Source: Dudresnaya verticillata
Taxonomy: Eukaryota
DNA: 64,000 nucleotides
Reading direction: 5' to 3'
NCBI GenBank assembly: GCA_977862235.1
Contig: OZ374563.1
Coordinates: forward strand, 1 to 64,000
Both the position numbers and the translations under genes were made by a program. The notes beneath the pieces are model-generated. The model did not search any database and was not told where the DNA came from. It saw only the letters and a program-made list of their open reading frames with translations. Positions 60,127 to 64,000 of the stretch are shown piece after piece (position 1 is the stretch's first letter; every line of letters starts with the position of its first letter).

Positions 60127-63100
60127 TTAGTATGAGTCAGTGTCGGAGTCCTGATCATTGTCATCGTCACTTACTATCGTTGCTGTACCCTGATGCTTAC
60201 GTTGAATATCAGCAGGTGCAGCAGGTTTCGTCCTTTCTCGAGGAACGTATCTGTTCAACGGGAAAACGGGTGGAAGGTTCTCGTCATTGATCCGCCATGG
60301 AAATTCGGGATCCTTGACTGACCACAGCGAGTCATGTAGTGTCGAACCGCTGCGTACACAATACGCATGTCCTCGAATGTTCACCGGGACGCCACGAACT
60401 TGGCACATATACAGATATCAACGATAGTTGGAATAGACGTCTTGACTGCTTGTGAGAGGATACGGCGAATAACCGCCACATCCGAAAGCCAGCTTGTTCT
60501 CCTCTCCAATAGTACCTGCATGGCCGGTGTCCCCTCGAATGAGGAGGAGGCTGTACGGCGGAACAGTAACGAGCCTCGATGGCATGTACCGAATCATCTG
60601 CCTCCTAGCCTCATCACTCAGCGTGTTCAAAACCTTGTGCGAGCCCGGCCACATCCGTATCGCGAAAGGTTGGGCACCGGAGAACATAATCGTCAAATGG
60701 AGCATCTCCGGTGCGATTCCATACTTCTTCTCAGGCTTGTTCTCTCCAATCGCACAGGGCATCCACCCTGGAGCTGGTATCATAAAGTCTGTGTGGCATC
60801 GTTGGGGAACAACGGCATCCGATGTGCAGATCAATTGGCAGCCTCGCAACGGAATTCGCAACGGCTCATCCCTATCCTGGAGTCCTGCATACTCCAGGTA
60901 TAGCGCCAGGAAGAGCTCCAGCGTGCACTTGTTCTTGAATAATCCTTGGACCACGACCTTTCCTGAACTGTTATCCTCGGAAGAATCTGCCATTAGGGAA
61001 TCGCAGAACATGTGCGCAGTAGATTGGAAGCGAAAGTTCTTCGCGACCTCGTCCTTGTCCTTTCTCAGGACTTCTGCGATCTCCGTCGAAACCCTTGCCG
61101 TATCCTGCTCCGAGTTCGAAGTTATGATATGCCACCAGTTGTCGATATCATTCGGATCACGGGTGTTAGACTCCGAGAGCTTTTCTTCCAGCTTCGCAAG
61201 CATGTGTTTCATAACCGAGTCGACACCTGCGGGTATTATCCCACTACCAGTTCGGGCCATAAAATGACTGTCGACGTAAAATCCATCTCTGTGAAGACAC
61301 TCACGGAGGATGTTGAAGTGCGACTGCTGCCAGCGCTCGAAACGACTCGAATCCGACATGCTTGACTGCGTTTTATAACCGCACTGATAAGCCGATGAAC
61401 TTGCTGTCCTGATGGAACGCCTATCCTCCTTCACATCTTCCTCCCCCAGCACGATATTATGGGGCGCCTCCGCTGAAATTGCAGAAATGTCTTTGAGACG
61501 AAGTTCTTCTAGCATGTGAGCTCGCGGGAGGGCTGAGAGTTGTTCTTCAGTCATGGCATGGGGGTCTTGCCTGCAAGCCGAAATGATATCCTTACGCGAG
61601 CAAAGAGAACTGTACTCATTCCAGACTGCTCGCAAGTGGTCCTTTGCGGCTTCCCTCCTTTCCCTCCGTGAAGCCTCCCTGTAACGAGAGAAGGGGAACT
61701 TGCGGTGGCTTGCTCGGATGCTGTAAACCATCCTTACCTCCTCATCCTGCTTCTGGAATTCTGCAGGACCTGAACCGTTGTTCTCAATCGTTCCAATCTT
61801 CGGAAACCGCGAATCTTCTCGACGCTGATCTGGTGCCCGGTTGCGTCCCGCTTTCGAAACCTGCAGGTAGACATTCTTTGGGGCCACGGGCTCCACCACG
61901 TCTTCTGAGGTCTCCACATCGCTCGGCATATTCACAGAAGGTTCTGGATGGGAGGGGTTCTCTGCTCTCTCAACCGGTACTCCAGACTTGGCAGGGGTAC
62001 TACCAGACCCAGCGCTCGAGCGCATGCGCTTCGGGTTGTCTGCAGGAGATGACGAAAGAGAGCTGCGGCGGCCGGTAAGTCTCCTGATAGGGCTGTCCTT
62101 TCTCGAACCTGATTGATTGGAAGAATTCTGGATTTCGGACAGCTCACTGTCGTCCTTTCCGCGAGTAAGGACAATGTCCGTATCTTTCCCCACACGGCGC
62201 CTGGCACCACGAGCGTCGCGGCTTGCGCGGCGCGTGGCGTGCTCAGGAGTATCCTGTTCATTTACGGCACGCTCAGGAGGGGTGCTTGATGGTGTACCCC
62301 GGGGTGAAGACGGCCGTCATTTCGCGGCACGCTCAGGAGGGGTGCTTGATGGCGTACCCCGTCCTTTCGCGGCACGCTCAGGAGGGGTGCCTGACGGCGT
62401 ACTCCGTCCTTTCGCCGCGCGCTCAGGAGTGGTGCTCGAGTGCGTGCCCTTTCTTTTCGCGGCCGCGCCGGAAGGGCATCCTGACTCTGTATCCCGTCCT
62501 TTCGCGGCACGCTCAGGAGGGGCGCTTGAGTTGGTATTCTTGTCATTCGCGGTAGGATATGAAGGGCTACGTAAGGCTTCTGAAAACCCTGTGTTAGGAT
62601 GAAACTTTTCCTTGCGCAACTTCCCCAGAACGGAAGTTATGCATGCCATCTGTTCATTGAAGACTTCAAACTCGTCGTAAAGTGATGTGTGATCCAAGGG
62701 CCATGACATTGCAATGGAAGATGCTCAGAAACGTTGCTCATCGACTTCAAAATGTTGAACAGCAAGACGAGATGAAAGAGCATACTCCAGACCGATGAAA
62801 GGATCTGATAGCAGATCGCTGATGCCGTTCTGGTCAGGACGTGATCGGGGACTCTCGATTCTTACGTCGGACCATAAGCTGTTGAAAGACGTAGCATCAG
62901 GCCTAATGGAAACTGTGAGCCAGGCAAGGCGTTCGTGCATGGGCATGTCCTTGAACATGTATTCATTTCCATTTCCGTCGATGCCCAAGTAGACTTCTTC
63001 TGCCGCGAACTCTTCCAAGATACCGACCTTGTCATCTTCATGAAGAAAGGACAAGGTTGCTGTGGTCGTATCGCTAGTCCTGTTGCTGATGTCTTCCAAT

Positions 63101-63789
63101 AGCTGCAGCACTTTCATGGACAAAGTCCCGTACGGCTTGTGATCCTCGTGCAGAAAGCGTTCCAACCCCCCCAGGATTTGAACTACGGTCCTAGCCCTTC
63201 TTTTCTCTGGAAGTCTCGCCAGTGAAGATTGAAGAAGTTCTTCGTCGGTGGGGATACCAGCATCGTCGGCATACAAATGATCTTCGTGCGTAGCTGACAC
63301 GGGAGGATCGATAAACGTCACACGTCGACCTTGTCCCGTCCAAGGAGATCCTGCCGCACGTGCGTTTCCGGAAGCAGCGGGTCGCGACACACGGTCACAG
63401 TCCTGTGCATCCGCCACTGCAGTTTCAAGGTTGACGGACGATGACGCTCCATCGTTTGCAGGGAAAACCGGGGGGCGGTCCGCACTGATGAGCTGATGGT
63501 CTTCTACAGCGACGGCTTGAAGGCCTTCTTCAACCACTTCGCCATGCGGCGAGCTAGTCACCAGCGTCTTTCTGCTGGTCTGCGGCTCTTCATCTCCTAT
63601 CTCCTTGAGATTAATCGGCTTTCGAGCGAGTCTTCTCTTGACGCGAGGCCTTTTGGAGCTCTTCTTGATCGCTAGAAGCCTGTCTTCATCGCGCTTCATC
63701 CTCTCCTCGTATTCCAGATCCTCCTTGGCCGGGTCATCCGACGGCTCTTCGTTGACTTGACTGATGCCCAGCCTTCTCTTCTTCGCCAT
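60127..63789 (-). pseudogene. ~1220-codon reading frame with a C-terminal 2OG-Fe(II) dioxygenase (PhyH-like) domain, broken by three in-frame TGA codons
   Basis: ORFs 62725-63789, 62317-62709, 60418-62193 and 60127-60408 are all in one frame; motifs QRCHTDF (HxD), MWPGSHK, GDTGHAG (distal H) and NIRGHAY (2OG-binding R). Confidence 0.75.
62238..62530 (-). repeat. In-frame 45-bp coding repeat (STPPERAAKGRGTPS-like), ~6 copies
   Basis: CGGCACGCTCAGGAGGGGTGC.TGA.GG.GTAC..CGTCCTTTCG units. Confidence 0.85.
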
Positions 63790-64000
63790 CCTTCCAAAAC
63801 TTCTCGCGACGCGATGTGCCCTCCGGCAGATGTGCGCACTCGAGGGCTGTGGCGCGCCGGCCGTGCAGAAAGCCTTGTCCGCGGAACGCTAGAGCGTGCG
63901 TCGGTTGAGGGTATTAAAATACCGCGATACGCGGACCCGCGGGTCCCCGGCGTCAACACGTACAGCAGGCCTGTCGAGCACCAGCGCAGGGAGGTCGTTG

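Noticed and set aside
45115..63789. Alternative genetic code with TGA as sense
   Set aside because: Nearby elements are also interrupted by TAA, TAG and frameshifts, and the intact methyltransferase gene ends in TGA.

Overview
Left end of a eukaryotic chromosome; the LTR-retrotransposon types and intron-poor genes suggest a red alga, but that is inference. It opens with ~1.08 kb of (CCCCTAAA)n telomere that directly truncates a small gene. About 14 kb of subtelomeric sequence follows, with interstitial telomeric tracts, several palindromic motif families and an 876-aa ORF. That ORF combines a C2H2 finger with a tyrosine-recombinase-like R-K-R-H-Y catalytic set and resembles the non-helicase N-terminal part of fungal telomere-linked RecQ helicase/DUF3505 proteins. 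It sits among nine copies of a 30-bp palindrome and between ~750-bp diverged direct repeats; this is the best candidate for an undescribed system. Further in are an intact Golgi-type methyltransferase/GT32-like fusion gene and pseudogene fragments of TRRAP/Tra1 and an Upf1/Sen1-like helicase. There are also nested Copia and Gypsy elements, one carrying an antisense papain/C39-like protease remnant. The right end holds a three-gene block with a GTCCTTTC/GAAAGGAC hairpin array and a 2OG-Fe(II) dioxygenase. All family calls come from motif reading by eye; no searches were run.
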